Source: Acidobacteriota bacterium
GTDB lineage: Bacteria > Acidobacteriota > UBA6911 > RPQK01 > JADFOI01
Assembly (NCBI GenBank): GCA_963663035.1
Contig: OY760074.1
Location: forward strand, 2,784,001 to 2,848,000
Direction of reading: 5' to 3'
Length of the DNA stretch: 64,000 nt
Positions 1 through 11,423 of the stretch are shown here, in pieces (position 1 is the stretch's first letter; every line of letters begins with the position of its first letter). Under the pieces are notes generated by a model. That model was not told the origin of the DNA and made no database searches. It saw only the letters and a program-made list of their open reading frames with translations. The position numbers and the translations under genes are program-made.

Positions 1-537
1 GATACGATCGTGACTGCCGTGGCTGAGGGAGGTATGCAATTCTGGGTTCCCAAGGGCAATAACCGCTTCCATTTCACCGGCGGTGCGCGTTTTGTTCATG
101 GCGGGGCGATGCTTCAGGAAATTGTGGTGCCCGTCATCCAGGTGAAGCATCTCAAGGACAAGGGCCACCGCGAGAAAACCCGGTCAAGGCACGTCGCGGT
201 GCAAGTGCTGGGAACGGCACACAAGATCACAACGCCCCGGCACCGCTTCAACCTGTTGCAGATGGAGCCGGTGAGTGAGAGGGTTAATGCCGTGACACTC
301 AAGATTGCCGTGTATGAAGGCGATGAGCCCGTCACCACCATCGAGCCGGTGACATTTGACAGTACGTCCTCAAACCTCGATGAGCGGCAGAAGCCTGTGA
401 TCCTGACCTTGCGAGACAGACCGTACGATAAACGTACGCCATACCGATTGGTTCTCCGGGATGCCGATACGGGCATTGAACATGGGAGCCTTGACGTTAT
501 TATCGACAGAGCTATTAACGATGACTTCGACTTCTGA
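1..537 (+). CDS. pglZ: BREX-1 phosphatase PglZ, C-terminal part (runs off the window start)
   Basis: FVHGGAMLQEIVVPVI motif typical of the PglZ C-terminus; 3' end overlaps the brxL start. Confidence 0.85.
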   Translation, partial: DTIVTAVAEGGMQFWVPKGNNRFHFTGGARFVHGGAMLQEIVVPVIQVKHLKDKGHREKTRSRHVAVQVLGTAHKITTPRHRFNLLQMEPVSERVNAVTLKIAVYEGDEPVTTIEPVTFDSTSSNLDERQKPVILTLRDRPYDKRTPYRLVLRDADTGIEHGSLDVIIDRAINDDFDF

Positions 538-2957
538 GACTGCCGAAACCGATCCCAGCCTCGACGATCTGCTCAACGCGCATTTCGCTGGCCGCGTCGT
601 TCGCAAGGACCTGACCCAGCTGGTCAAGGAAGGCGCGAACGTTCCCGTCTATGTCCTCGAGTATCTACTGGGCAACTACTGCGCCTCCAATGACCCGGTC
701 GTGATCGAGGACGGCTTGGCAACAGTGAAACGGATCCTTGCCGAAAACTACGTTCGGCCCGACGAGGCCGAAAGGGTGAAATCCACCATCCGTGAGCGAG
801 GCAGTTTGAAGGTCATCGATAAGGCGACGGTCAAGCTGAATGAAAAACGGGATGTCTACGAGGCGCTTTTGTCGAACCTGGGAACGAAGGGCGTCGAGAT
901 CGGTACGGAGACAGTCAGAAAATATGAGAAGTTACTGGCTGGCGGGATCTGGTCGATCATTACGATGCGCTATTTTTATGAGGAGGGGCAAAAGGGGTCG
1001 CCTTTCATTATCGATTCGCTCAATCCAATCCAGATGCCGAACATGGATATGGACGAGCTGTTTTCCGGGAGGCGTCAGTTTACCGAGGCGCAATGGATTG
1101 ATGTGTTGTTGCGTTCCTGCGGGTATGATCCGACGCAGTTCGATGATCGTGCGAAGTGGCACCTGCTGTGCCGTCTTGTACCGCTCGTGGAGAACAACTA
1201 CAACGTCTGCGAGTTGGGTCCGAGGGGAACCGGAAAGAGCCATATCTACAAGGAAATCAGTCCGAACAGTATCCTTGTCTCAGGAGGGCAAACCACCGTT
1301 GCAAACCTGTTTTACAACCTGGCCAGCCGGACCATGGGACTGGTCGGGCTCTGGGATGTAGTGGCCTTCGACGAGGTCGCCGGAATCAGCTTCAAGGACA
1401 ATGCTGGCGTCCAGATCATGAAGGACTATATGGCATCCGGATCATTCGCCCGGGGCCGCGACCAGGTGAACGCTGATGCGTCGATGGTCTTCGTCGGCAA
1501 CATCAACCAGCCGGTAGACACGTTGGTCAAGACGAGCCATCTCCTTGCGCCGTTTCCGGAGGCCATGATCGACGCCGCATTCTTCGACCGCTTCCATGCC
1601 TATATTCCAGGATGGGAGATTCCAAAGATGCGGCCGGAGTTTTTCACGAACCAGTATGGGCTGATCGTCGACTATCTGGCGGCGTTTTTCCGTGAGATGC
1701 GCAAGCGGAACTTCGGCGATGCGATCAACAAATACTTCAAGCTCGGCCGGGATCTGAATCAGCGGGACACCATCGCAGTCAAACACACCGTCTCCGGCCT
1801 GCTTAAACTTCTATACCCGAACGAAGAGTACGACAGGGAAGCCGTGCGGCGCTGCCTGGGATACGCCCTTGAGACGCGGCGAAGGGTCAAAGAGCAGTTG
1901 AAGAAGATCGGCGGGATGGAGTTTTACGATGTCCACTTTTCCTACATCGATCAGGAGACGATGGAGGAACAGTTTATCAGCGTTCCGGAGCAGGGTGGCG
2001 GTTCCCTCATACCCGACGGTCCGCTGAATCCTGGCGTACTCCACACCATCGCAACCGGGAGCAGCGGGCATCTCGGAGCCTACCGGATCGAGACCCAGGT
2101 CACCGCTGGAAATGGCAAGCTCACGCTTTCCGGCTTAGGATCTAATACCACAGCAAAGGAAAGTATCAAGGTCGGCTTCGACTATTTCAAAGCCAATGCC
2201 TCTTCGGTCAGCGCCTCGGCAAAACCCGCTGATCACAACTTTCACTTGCATGTGGTCGAACTTCAGAACACAGGGGCTTTCTCCTGGGTGACTGGGTTGA
2301 CTGGAACTCCATTGACACGACATCCTTCAGGAGACGATGGAGGAACAATTTATCAGCGTCCCTGAGCAGGGTGGCGGTTCCCTCATACCCGACGGTCCGC
2401 TGTCAATCCTGGCGTGCTCCACACCATCGCAACCGGGAGCAGCGGGCATCTCGGAGCCTACCGGGGGTATCGAGACCCAGGTCACCGCTGGAAATGGCAA
2501 GCTCACGCTTTCCGGCTTAGGATCTAATACCACAGCAAAGGAAAGTATCAAGGTCGGCTTCGACTATTTCAAAGCCAATGCCTCTTCGGTCAGCGCCTCG
2601 GCAAAACCCGCTGATCACAACTTTCACTTGCATGTGGTCGAACTTCAGAACACGGGCCCGACTACAGCAATGACGTTGGCAACCTTTGTGGCTCTTTGTT
2701 CCGGCATCCTCGGTAAGCCGGTTCAATCGCAAATGGTCGTGCTAGGGAGTATGAGCCTCGGCGGCAGCATTATTCCGGTTGAAAGTCTGGCCGGGTCACT
2801 TCAGGCAACGTTTGATGCAGGTGCGAAGAGAATCCTGCTTCCGATGGCTAGTGTGGGGGACATCCCGACCATTCCGGGAGAGTTATTCGCGAAATTTCAG
2901 ACCAGCTTCTACTCTGATCCCCGGGATGCGGCGTTCAAGAGTCTGGGGGTCGAGTAG
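521..2957 (+). CDS. brxL: BREX Lon-like AAA+ protein BrxL, split by an internal duplication
   Basis: ATG at 521 (MTSTSE...), GRVVRKDLT, Walker A GPRGTGKS, AFDEVAG and a Lon-like C-terminal domain ending KSLGVE. The frame is broken at ~2272-2326, giving ORFs 461..2365 and 2337..2957. Confidence 0.9.
1951..2653 (+). repeat. ~320-bp direct duplication inside brxL (1951-2271 and 2327-2653)
   Basis: TCAGGAGACGATGGAGGAAC...CTTCAGAACAC occurs twice with a 55-bp spacer; copy 2 has small indels near its 5' end. Confidence 0.95.
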
Positions 2958-3386
2958 TACGACAATGTCAACTGAGGTGGCTACCCACGCGAGACGGACA
3001 CGCCTGTCAACTCACTATTCGGGAAAATTGAGTTTTTCCACTACACCGTACAAAAGTTGGCGAGCTTGCTTGAGATCAGACTTGACGGTGTCCAGGTGCG
3101 CCGGATATTTTCTGCCGAAACTCACAAGGTCTTTCCTGTTTTTTTATGTCCGCAAGTAACTTGTCCAAAGTTAAGAGCACTCTTCGCAATTGTTCTGATT
3201 TTCTGGAAACACCAGCTTTGAACAAATCAGACATGGCCAGTCCTCTTACGGAGCATGAAGCGTTACTCAGTCGGCCAATACGTAAGCTTCCCCGTCCAGT
3301 GGACCAATTAAAACAGAATAAAACCCGCCAACGGGAGCTATGTCTTCGCCGACAGGGACCCGGTGTTGCGGATCAAATGAATAGGG

Positions 3387-3692
3387 TCAGTCGTCTAGTA
3401 TCTTTTGCGGACTCCCACCGCGCCTGAGGCGAAGCCTATCGCGGGTGACGATGCCCCGGCACCCACACCTGCAATCAGTTTTGGGCCACTGATCGTAGAT
3501 CTCCCATGCCTCGTCCTCGGTGCCCGTCGTGCCGAGCACTGCCCCACCGTGGAGTGCCGTCGCTACCACGGCGTAGGAGTGGCCCTCCGGCCACTCAATC
3601 GTTAGTGGCTCGTCTGCCGGTCCGAGCGCGGATGGATAGGGCATGATCAGCGCGCCCCGGATCGTTGTCGTCGCTGTCATTTTCTTCCCCAT
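3387..3692 (-). CDS. Small hypothetical protein with a CxCxC motif
   Basis: 101-aa ORF; its 3' part is duplicated at 51656-51772. Confidence 0.45.
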   Translation of the reverse strand: MGKKMTATTTIRGALIMPYPSALGPADEPLTIEWPEGHSYAVVATALHGGAVLGTTGTEDEAWEIYDQWPKTDCRCGCRGIVTRDRLRLRRGGSPQKILDD

Positions 3693-4104
3693 GGGTCTAT
3701 TTTACTATTCATCCGCCAACGGCGCGGACTACACCATCAGCGCGAGAAATCCGACCGCTGCCTCGGCTATGAAGGGATCACCTCTGTCCAGTTGGAGTAT
3801 ACCCTAGCCTAACGTCAGGGACGGGGCGCTAAGGCGTCAGAATAGAGTTCTCATTTGGATTGATGGACACATCCCGTCCAGGGTTATAGAGCTCTTCCTG
3901 ACAGATTGGATGCAGGGGAACGGCATCGGCTAGAAGTGACGATGCAACTGGGGCGAAGCCTCGCGGATCGCCTGGACCGGGCCGGACAGATCGGCCAAGG
4001 CTTCAGCAATCGGAACCAACTTGTGGCGTTGACGCTGCATGGTTTCATTTTCCCCTGCGGCCCGGACAAGACCACAGGGTGAGCGGCGTCATTGTCGCCA
4101 AACC

Positions 4105-4670
4105 TTATCTGGAACGGCCATAGACATCGGCCCTGTCCGCTTTGCCACCTTTCACACCGTCCGCTCCCCAACTCCAGAGATCGTAATTGCCGGTGCTGCC
4201 CGGGGCACGGTACTGGTAGTTGTGGCCCCATGGGTCCTGGGGAAGGTCAGCTTTATCTAGATAGGGACCGCTCCAGGGTAACCCCCCCGAACTCTCAATG
4301 AGACTGTTCAATCCCTCGGATGTAGTGGGATACCTACCCACATCGAAACGAAAAAGCGCCAGGGCGTTTTCGAACATGGCGATCTGCAGCTTGGCTATCT
4401 CACTTTTCGCGGACTTTCTCTTTTGCTCCGCCAGGCTTTTATCGTTCTAACGACCTTGGCCAGCGCGGGCAGTTCGAGGTCCGTGTATTCTTCGACTTGT
4501 TGGCCCAGCTCCGCTAGGCGTTCTTGGTCGAGAACTTGGAGTTGCTCAATCTCATCGACAAGCTCAAGAAGCGCCTCGCGCAACTCATGGGCTTGTCTCT
4601 GCTCCGCGCTCTGGCAGGCGAAGCTCGTTAGCGCCAGCGTGGCGGCCAGGACCATCTTTGCTAGTTTCAT
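4105..4670 (-). pseudogene. Lipoprotein N-terminus plus a GspG (T2SSG) pseudopilin domain, frameshifted at ~4440
   Basis: 4670 start MKLAKMVLAATLALTSFAC (lipobox). A second frame reads ...AKSEIAKLQIAMFENALALFRFDVGRYPTTSEGL...WSGPYL...DPWG...DLWSWGADG, the GspG signature. Confidence 0.7.
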
Positions 4671-4878
4671 TGGGTTTTTACGCTGATTAGCTCGACACTC
4701 ATGCTTCCTCTCACCGTAGGCTCATTCTCCCATGCACCTCAGACAAAACCGCAGGAGAGATCGGACGGCAGGAATTTGTGCTTGTTTCACCAATGGTGAA
4801 GTATTCGGTGAAGGTTTTAAGGCGGATTCTGCTATGACGCCTCAAAGGATCGGATAGTAGCGACGGTCTGCGGCTGAC

Positions 4879-5238
4879 TCAATCCACACACTCGCTCTTG
4901 ATTCTATGGATGGCTTGCAGAAGATCTGCCTGACCGTCTCTTTCCAGGACCCTTTCTATTGCTCGGAAGCAATGTCTATAGGTTGGAAAAGGACTTATGA
5001 CATCAGCAAACGACCCAAGAACAAAAGCATACAGGGCGAATCCGGAGAGCGGGATCCATCCCCACGTTCTCCACACCATAAATCCGGCGGCAAGCATGAC
5101 GAGTTTGCTGAGCCACCCGAGGGCACCGACCCAGCCAGGCGTCAGGGCTATCTGAAGGTTGGAACTCCTCCCGCCCCCGATCTGCCGTGTTATTCCGTGC
5201 GTGGTTCGCTGGAAGCGAAATACATACTGACCGAGCAC
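4879..5238 (-). CDS. Hypothetical membrane protein
   Basis: ORF with two hydrophobic segments; start uncertain. Confidence 0.4.
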   Translation of the reverse strand: MLGQYVFRFQRTTHGITRQIGGGRSSNLQIALTPGWVGALGWLSKLVMLAAGFMVWRTWGWIPLSGFALYAFVLGSFADVISPFPTYRHCFRAIERVLERDGQADLLQAIHRIKSECVD

Positions 5239-5783
5239 GACGTAAGAAATCAGGAGACCGACGGTGATGGTTGCGCAGCCGCGTGCGCTTGAGCCAACTC
5301 CACACTGTTTCCTCCTTTCGTGAGCAGTTAAATGCGGGGAGGCTTTCCACTAGAGAACCAAACCGACCCCACAGAGGGAGGGTAGCTCATTCGGTCCACC
5401 AAACCCAGCATATCGAGAATGTCGGCGGCGAGGCGGGCGGCGGTCGCACTAAAGACCGCTCCGAATAAACCACCAAGCCACGCCAGCACCAATGAAGGAC
5501 ACCTAGTCCTGCTTTTTGTGGGCCTCGGATGGGGTTCGCCTGGGGCTTCATCTACCGTCCCTTTCTCCGCCGTTCTGAGGTTGAACCGGGGCTCGGAGGC
5601 TTTCTTCAAGCTCAGCGCTTCGGGTGGTAGCTGGCCGACCGGGTCGACGTAGATCGTCTGGACCACGTTACCCTGCGGCCTCGAAGAAAGCTTCTGTGTT
5701 CCAGTCTGCGCAATCGGCTTGCGCATGTAGCGTGGCCGCAAGCCCCAAGGCAACATAAACTGCAACAAGACAGGTCCTCGGTT

Positions 5784-6389
5784 TCATGGTTTGTTTTTAT
5801 TTGGAAAATTTGGGCAGGCGGGAAGCGTGTCTGGTGAACTTTCCGGGCATGTTTCGAGGATTGCGTCTAGCGCATCAGCCTCGCGGCGGTCAATAGTGAG
5901 GTTATAGGCCCTCCGAACGTCGATAACGCGCCACGCAAACCAGCACTTGTTTTCCTCCGGCACCCAGTCCGCCACATCCTTCGCCCCCTTCAGGTTGCGG
6001 TTCAGGTGCGGAGCAGAAAGCGTCAGATTGCGAATGTCTCGGGCAAATTCACGCTTTCGTTCCGGCGAGGCCGAGCACAGGCCGGAATCATGCGCCTCGC
6101 TCCGGGCAACGATATGCTCAATATCGGTTTCGGTGAGCTCCCCGAACGTTTCACAGGTGTAAGGCGAATAGACGCCCCCAAGGCGATCGGCAATCTGCGG
6201 TTCGACGGATTGCGGATAGCTGTATTCGTCCGCATTGTAGGGTGCGCATCGTTCTTCCGGCGCGACAACGAGGCCCCGCCACTCCTCGCCGGACTCGGAG
6301 AAAGATAGCTGCCCTGCAAAAACCAAGGCGAAAAAGACTGCAAGGACCCTCGGGAGAGCACAACTATGGTGATTTAGACCGGTTCTCAT
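5784..6389 (-). CDS. Secreted HNH-family (DUF1524-like) endonuclease
   Basis: Signal peptide; DIEHIVA...FARDIRNL...LNRNLKG...W.P...C motif pattern. Confidence 0.75.
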   Translation of the reverse strand: MRTGLNHHSCALPRVLAVFFALVFAGQLSFSESGEEWRGLVVAPEERCAPYNADEYSYPQSVEPQIADRLGGVYSPYTCETFGELTETDIEHIVARSEAHDSGLCSASPERKREFARDIRNLTLSAPHLNRNLKGAKDVADWVPEENKCWFAWRVIDVRRAYNLTIDRREADALDAILETCPESSPDTLPACPNFPNKNKP

Positions 6390-6634
6390 TCACAGACCTG
6401 GCCGTCCCCGTCGCGGTCGTTCATGTACTGGTAAGCGGGGTGATCCTTCGTGATGGGAGTCTCGAGTCCACAAGCCCGGGCCTCGGCACAAGTGATCGCG
6501 CCATTTTCATTCGCGTCGCACTTCTCAAGATAATCCTCGACTTCTTCCTTCTCCGGTTCTTGATTCTCCGGTTCTTGAGCGGCAAGTATCGTGCACAGCA
6601 TGCCCGCAAGGATCAATCGCATAGCGTTCTTCAT
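6386..6634 (-). CDS. Secreted Excalibur calcium-binding domain protein
   Basis: AGGAGG RBS before ATG 6634; signal peptide; CAEARACG...P...Y...DRDGDGQVCE; ATGA overlap with the HNH gene. Confidence 0.8.
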   Translation of the reverse strand: MKNAMRLILAGMLCTILAAQEPENQEPEKEEVEDYLEKCDANENGAITCAEARACGLETPITKDHPAYQYMNDRDGDGQVCE

Positions 6635-7023
6635 TTCATTCCTCCTGGATTTTGGTAGCCACAATGGCAATGATTTCTCTCTAAACAGTTCAGATTTTGA
6701 TTCTCTCACATGCCCGGGCCGCAAAAAAAAGGCGGAAGAAATGGTGGTGCCGTTGCTACTGGTCTAGGAGACTCCCGAGGCCGTGCGGACTCAGAGACTC
6801 AAGCTGACGCTGGGCCGAGCTGTTGCGCAAGGGCGTGCTCCACTCCAGAGTGGGAAATTCCCAGGAGAATCCAAAAAAAATCGATCCCGTTCGAAGCCCT
6901 CTGACTCAATGGATGATTCGGACAGAAGGGGTGGAGAGCCAAGCCGCGTTCGTCACTCCTGGGCTCCTCCTCGCATCCTGAATCAGCTATGCTAGGGCCT
7001 GGAGAGAGGAGAGTAGCCCACAT

Positions 7024-8250
7024 TTGAAGCCGATAAATAAAACACCAGGGCTGATCCGCATAGCTGCTGCCATTCTCATGGCGGGTGGCATCGCCGTCAT
7101 GGTGCTCTCGGCACAGGACGATCTCGACACGGTCCGGCAAGCTGCTGACCAAGGAGACGCCACCGCGCAGAACAACCTCGGGGTTAGGTACGCCAACGGC
7201 GAAGGCGTCCTCAAAGACGAGGCTGAGGCGGTGAGCTGGTTCCGGCTGGCCGCCGAACAGGGTAACGCCGATGCGCAGTTCAACCTCGGGGTCGCATACG
7301 CCAACGGGCAGGGCGTACCCCAGGACGATGCCGAAGCGGTGCGCTGGTACCGGCTGGCCGCCGAGCAGGACTACGCCGATGCGCAGTTCAACCTCGGGGT
7401 TAGGTACGCCTTCGGCCAGGGTGTCCTCAAGGACGATGCCGAAGCCGTGAAATGGTTCCGGCTGGCCGCCGAACAGGGTCTCGCCGATGCACAGGATCGC
7501 CTCGGGTTCATGTACTCCGAGGGGCGAGGTGTCCTCAAGGACGATGCCGAAGCCGTGCGCTGGTATCGGCTGGCCGCCGAACAGGGTCTCGCCGATGCAC
7601 AGGATCGCCTCGGGTTCATGTACTCCGAGGGGCGAGGTGTCCTCAAGGACGATGCCGAAGCCGTGCGCTGGTACCGGCTGGCCGCCGAGCAGGGTCTCGC
7701 CAATGCACAGTTCAACCTCGGGGTCATGTACGCCAATGGCGAGGGCGTACCAAAGGACGACGCCGAAGCCTTACGCTGGTACCGGCTGGCCGCCGAGCAG
7801 GGTCTCGCCAATGCGCAGTTCAACCTCGGGTTCATGTACTCCGAGGGGCGAGGTGTCCTCAAGGACGATGCCGAAGCCGTGCGCTGGTATCGGCTGGCCG
7901 CCGAACAGGGTCTCGCCAATGCGCAGTTCAACCTCGGGGTCACCTACGCCAACGGGCGGGGCGTCCTCAAAGACGATGCCGAAGCGGTACGCTGGTTCCG
8001 TCTCGCCGCTGAGCAGGGTTACGCCAATGCGCAGCGCGGCCTCGGGGTCATGTATGACAATGGTGAGGGTGTCCTCAAGGATTCCGTGCTCGCGCACATG
8101 TGGTTCAACATCGCAGGCGCCAACGGGGACGAAGCGGCTAGGAAACAACGAGACAACCTCGAAGATGACATGACTCGCGCCGAGATCAGCCGCGCGACTG
8201 AACTGGCTCGCACCTGCATGGCCTCGGATTACAAAGACTGCGAGCCATAA
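7024..8250 (+). CDS. Secreted Sel1-like repeat protein, 9 repeats
   Basis: Signal peptide followed by nine 36-aa units of the form AQFNLGxxYxxGxGVxKDDAEAVRWYRLAAEQG. Confidence 0.95.
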   Translation: MKPINKTPGLIRIAAAILMAGGIAVMVLSAQDDLDTVRQAADQGDATAQNNLGVRYANGEGVLKDEAEAVSWFRLAAEQGNADAQFNLGVAYANGQGVPQDDAEAVRWYRLAAEQDYADAQFNLGVRYAFGQGVLKDDAEAVKWFRLAAEQGLADAQDRLGFMYSEGRGVLKDDAEAVRWYRLAAEQGLADAQDRLGFMYSEGRGVLKDDAEAVRWYRLAAEQGLANAQFNLGVMYANGEGVPKDDAEALRWYRLAAEQGLANAQFNLGFMYSEGRGVLKDDAEAVRWYRLAAEQGLANAQFNLGVTYANGRGVLKDDAEAVRWFRLAAEQGYANAQRGLGVMYDNGEGVLKDSVLAHMWFNIAGANGDEAARKQRDNLEDDMTRAEISRATELARTCMASDYKDCEP

Positions 8251-8362
8251 GCAAAACCGCTTCTTTAAAGCGATGTTGGCTCATTCCTCCCTCGCCGACT
8301 CGTGCCACGTCTGGACTTCCTCCACATCGAGAGGCTTCCGGCGTGGCCTTAAAGGTCTTGTC

Positions 8363-8408
8363 GTCTACGACCACTTCAACCTGCGGCGGCCCCTCTGTTC
8401 ACGGGACA
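8363..8408 (+). mobile_element. Short internal IS6 transposase fragment
   Basis: GTCTACGACCACTTCAACCTGCGGCGGCCCCTCTGTTCACGGGACA closely matches the 3' part of the IS6 copies at 28219, 48180 and 50715. Confidence 0.7.
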
Positions 8409-8459
8409 TTATTCTCCAGCAGAACCCCTACTTCTCCCGCGAACCCGGCCGATCAGATA

Positions 8460-8795
8460 GTCGCTCATGCGCTGGGCTTCATCAGCAGCGCGGTGAATCT
8501 CAGCACCGCAGCGGTGATCCGGAATCTGAGCGAGTCCGCGATGGTGGTGAGTTGCCGATTGATGAAAGAGGGCGCCGTGCTCGAAGAAACAGAGATCCCT
8601 CTGGCGGCCAACGGACAGGAGGCCCAGTACATCGAAGAGATGTTCACCTTCACCGGTGTCGATATGCCGGACTTCGTGGGGTCGGTGCGCTGCACGGTGC
8701 CGCCCGGGGGAGCGATGTTCACCGGATTGGCCGTGGAGCTGGATGCCGAAAACCGCATCCTCACCACGCTGCCGGTGGTGCCGGTCCAGAGATAA
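8460..8795 (+). pseudogene. Orphan 3' fragment of a gene (beta-rich C-terminal domain ending TTLPVVPVQR)
   Basis: Protein-like frame with no credible start; its last codons and downstream DNA recur at 45862-45994. Confidence 0.55.
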
Positions 8796-9128
8796 CTTCC
8801 CGGGAGTAGACGAGGGGAGTGTGCCGCATCCGGTTCGTTTGTTCGTAGCGGAAATTGCGATAGAGTCCCTATTTTAGACAGAGGTCCTTGAAAACCCGTT
8901 GGGAGTGGGATTGTTGCGTAAACATCTCCTAGAGCGGCGCAATACACAGTTTGTCGGGCTTACCTGATCCAAATCGTGTAAGTCGTTGAACACAAAGAGT
9001 TTTATATTCAGGGCTAAAAAATCGCTGTTGTTGAAAAGAAAGGACTTACTCCGAAAGTCCGACAGGCTCCTAGCCTTTACGCAACCCCGGCCCGGCCGGG
9101 AAGCACAACTGAGGTAATCTGTAAGGCC

Positions 9129-9425
9129 ATGAAGAACCAAGGACGTTATCACCACTTGCGCGTGGACTGGGTGGGCGAGTTGGCCACCGAGTCGATCACG
9201 CTGTGCGGCGTCGAGGGTGAAGACATTGGAACCGAACAGACACTCTGCCCCAACTGTGCCCAGGTCCGCGATGCCCTGAACGTTTGTGGGTTGGGCCCGG
9301 AGAGCCTAAGAGAGCTATTTGACACGCTCCTGGTGATCGACCCTTCCGAGGTGAAAGCGAAGATGGAAGCGCTTCGAAGTCTGGGGGTCCAGATGGATAT
9401 GCAGGATCGGTCGCAACTCAACTAA
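9129..9425 (+). CDS. Small hypothetical protein with CPNC motif (paralog at 26959)
   Basis: 98-aa ORF whose frame is conserved in a second diverged copy. Confidence 0.6.
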   Translation: MKNQGRYHHLRVDWVGELATESITLCGVEGEDIGTEQTLCPNCAQVRDALNVCGLGPESLRELFDTLLVIDPSEVKAKMEALRSLGVQMDMQDRSQLN

Positions 9426-9534
9426 CAGAGCATTGTTGTATGGATCGGGGCGGAGAGATCACGCAACTGATGAGCCTGTTGCCAAACGCATCAGGGTTGG
9501 AGGTTACACGACTGTGAAGGGTTAGGAGGCAAGG

Positions 9535-9606
9535 ATGGCAAGAAAGCGATTCACGGCCGAGCAGATTATCCTCAAGCTGCGTGAGGCGGAGGTGAGCTTG
9601 GCCCAA
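9535..9606 (+). mobile_element. IS3 orfA 5' remnant
   Basis: GGAGG RBS then MARKRFTAEQIILKLREAEVSLAQ, homologous to orfA at 51839. Confidence 0.75.
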
Positions 9607-9661
9607 GACAAGCCGACGTCCCTGCCGCGGCGGGAATGCTCATGAAACGCTACAGGAAGGT

Positions 9662-9886
9662 TTAAAGAAAGCCTTTCAGCATCTGTAGCCCAACCAGAAG
9701 AACTATCGGCGAGAAATCCATCCTGCCCATGGTCGGGAGGACGCGCCGGATCGGCTGCAACAGCGGTTCGGTAAGCCTGTTCACAATCTGGACAACCGGA
9801 TTGTCATAGGGGAGTTGGAACCATGAGAGTATGACCGCGACGAAAACGATCAATGAGTAGAGATCGATGATCTTGATCAGAATCAT
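9662..9886 (-). CDS. yggT: YggT family membrane protein
   Basis: ILSW...NP...LTEPLLQPIRRVLP...DFSPIV motif. Confidence 0.85.
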   Translation of the reverse strand: MILIKIIDLYSLIVFVAVILSWFQLPYDNPVVQIVNRLTEPLLQPIRRVLPTMGRMDFSPIVLLVGLQMLKGFL

Positions 9887-10624
9887 GAGTTTTGTTCATT
9901 CATTCAGAATTTTCGATTTGGACTTCTGACTGCAACAGGATAGCTCCTCTCCTCTCCGGAACACAATGAATTCACCTCCGCGGTCGGAGTCGGCAAGCAC
10001 GATGAGGGAACCGAAATCGGGACGGGGCACTTGGAATCGGACCGCCAGCGTCCGGCGAGTGGAAAGCCTGGTCGGAGGCTATGGCAGGATGAGTTTTTGC
10101 TAAAGTAACCCGTGTTGGGCCACCAGCTTCATTTCAGCAGGCAGCCTCGCAAAGATGAACACGCGCATCAGCGTGGGGGACCCCCTCGCCGCTGCTTCCA
10201 ATCCTTTCCTGCGAGTTCACTTGGGTTACTTCGGTCTTGTCTTGAATCGTCTCGATGAACGCTGCGGCCAATGTCACCAACTCGACTGTTCCCACATTCG
10301 TCCAGGACAGGCAAGTAGAACAGTACCAGCCGGCATCCTGTTTTTCGTTCCCGTTCCAGAAGTAAAGCGACGTGGCCGGAAACGCGTTTTTTCGACAGCT
10401 TTTCCCTTGGCACTCATAGACCGGGGAAAGGAACGTATGGACTTCCCCTCCATTTTTAGTATTATCCATCATGAAACTGCTGAATACAAACAAGTTGACA
10501 GAATTTTTGAATATTGCAACACATCCAAAATAATCCAAAAAAAGCACGGCCCAGGCCGAGCGCAGCGGTGGGGGCCACCGTACCGAAGAGGACGTCATTG
10601 CCGGGTGAGCGGGCCGGGAGCGGC

Positions 10625-11247
10625 ATGACCCCCTCGTTGAACGATACCGGCCGAGCGGATCCAACTGATCCCGGCTCTGAGCAGCGTCTCCTGAATCGGG
10701 TGCGGCGGGGTAGCTCCTCGGCTGCGGACGCGCTGTTCGAGCGGTATACGCCCTGGCTGCGGAGACGAGCCCGAGGCCGCCTGCCGCAGTGGGCACGCAG
10801 CGGGGTTGCGACCAGCGATCTGGTGCAGGATGTGCTGCATAACACCTTCGACGGCTCAAGTGGTTCGAGTCGAAGCACGTCAGCGCCTTGCGCGCCTATC
10901 TCCGGCGCGCCGTGGAGAACCGCGTCCAGGACGAGATGCGCCTGGCCATCCGCCGTCTGGACATCACCCGCCTCGCCCCGGGGGAGGAACCCCTACGGCC
11001 CTTCGAGGATGCGGCGCCGCAGTATCGGCAACTCCTGCATGAGGAGATGTGGGGGCGTTACCAGGAGGGGTTGAAGCGCCTGAAGGTCCGCGATCGCCGG
11101 CTGATCGTAGGCCGTGCGGAACTGGGGTACAACTACGAGCAGCTCGCGGCCATCGAACGCCTACCGAGTCCGGACGCAGCGCGCAAGGCGCTCAAGCGGG
11201 CCGTCGTTCGGCTGAGCGAGGTCATGCCGCTGGCCTCCAGAAGGTAG
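10625..11247 (+). pseudogene. ECF sigma-70 factor with a frameshift at ~10850
   Basis: Region 2 (ALFERYTPWL...DLVQDV) is in one frame; LRAYLRRAVENRVQD and region 4 (YEQLA...AARKALKRA) are in another. Confidence 0.8.
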
Positions 11248-11423
11248 CGTCCAGCTCGCCGGCGCGCCCGGGAGCGCGTCCTCGCCGACGGCCCACCGTG
11301 CGAAAACCGTCCGGTTCCGGCCATTCAGACGTCATATAGAGAGTAGAGGAGATATGTAACCGCTGGCCGAGCTCCGTGCGCGAGGGCGGGCGCTGAGTTG
11401 CTGCGCGGAAGGATTCCGGACGA

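Noticed and set aside
7150-8125. Regular 108-bp repeats as a CRISPR array
   Set aside because: They are in-frame Sel1 coding repeats with no unique spacers and no cas genes.
9140-9152. AGGACGTTATCAC as a fifth 28-bp site
   Set aside because: It has no left arm, lies inside an ORF, and is not conserved in the paralog at 26959.
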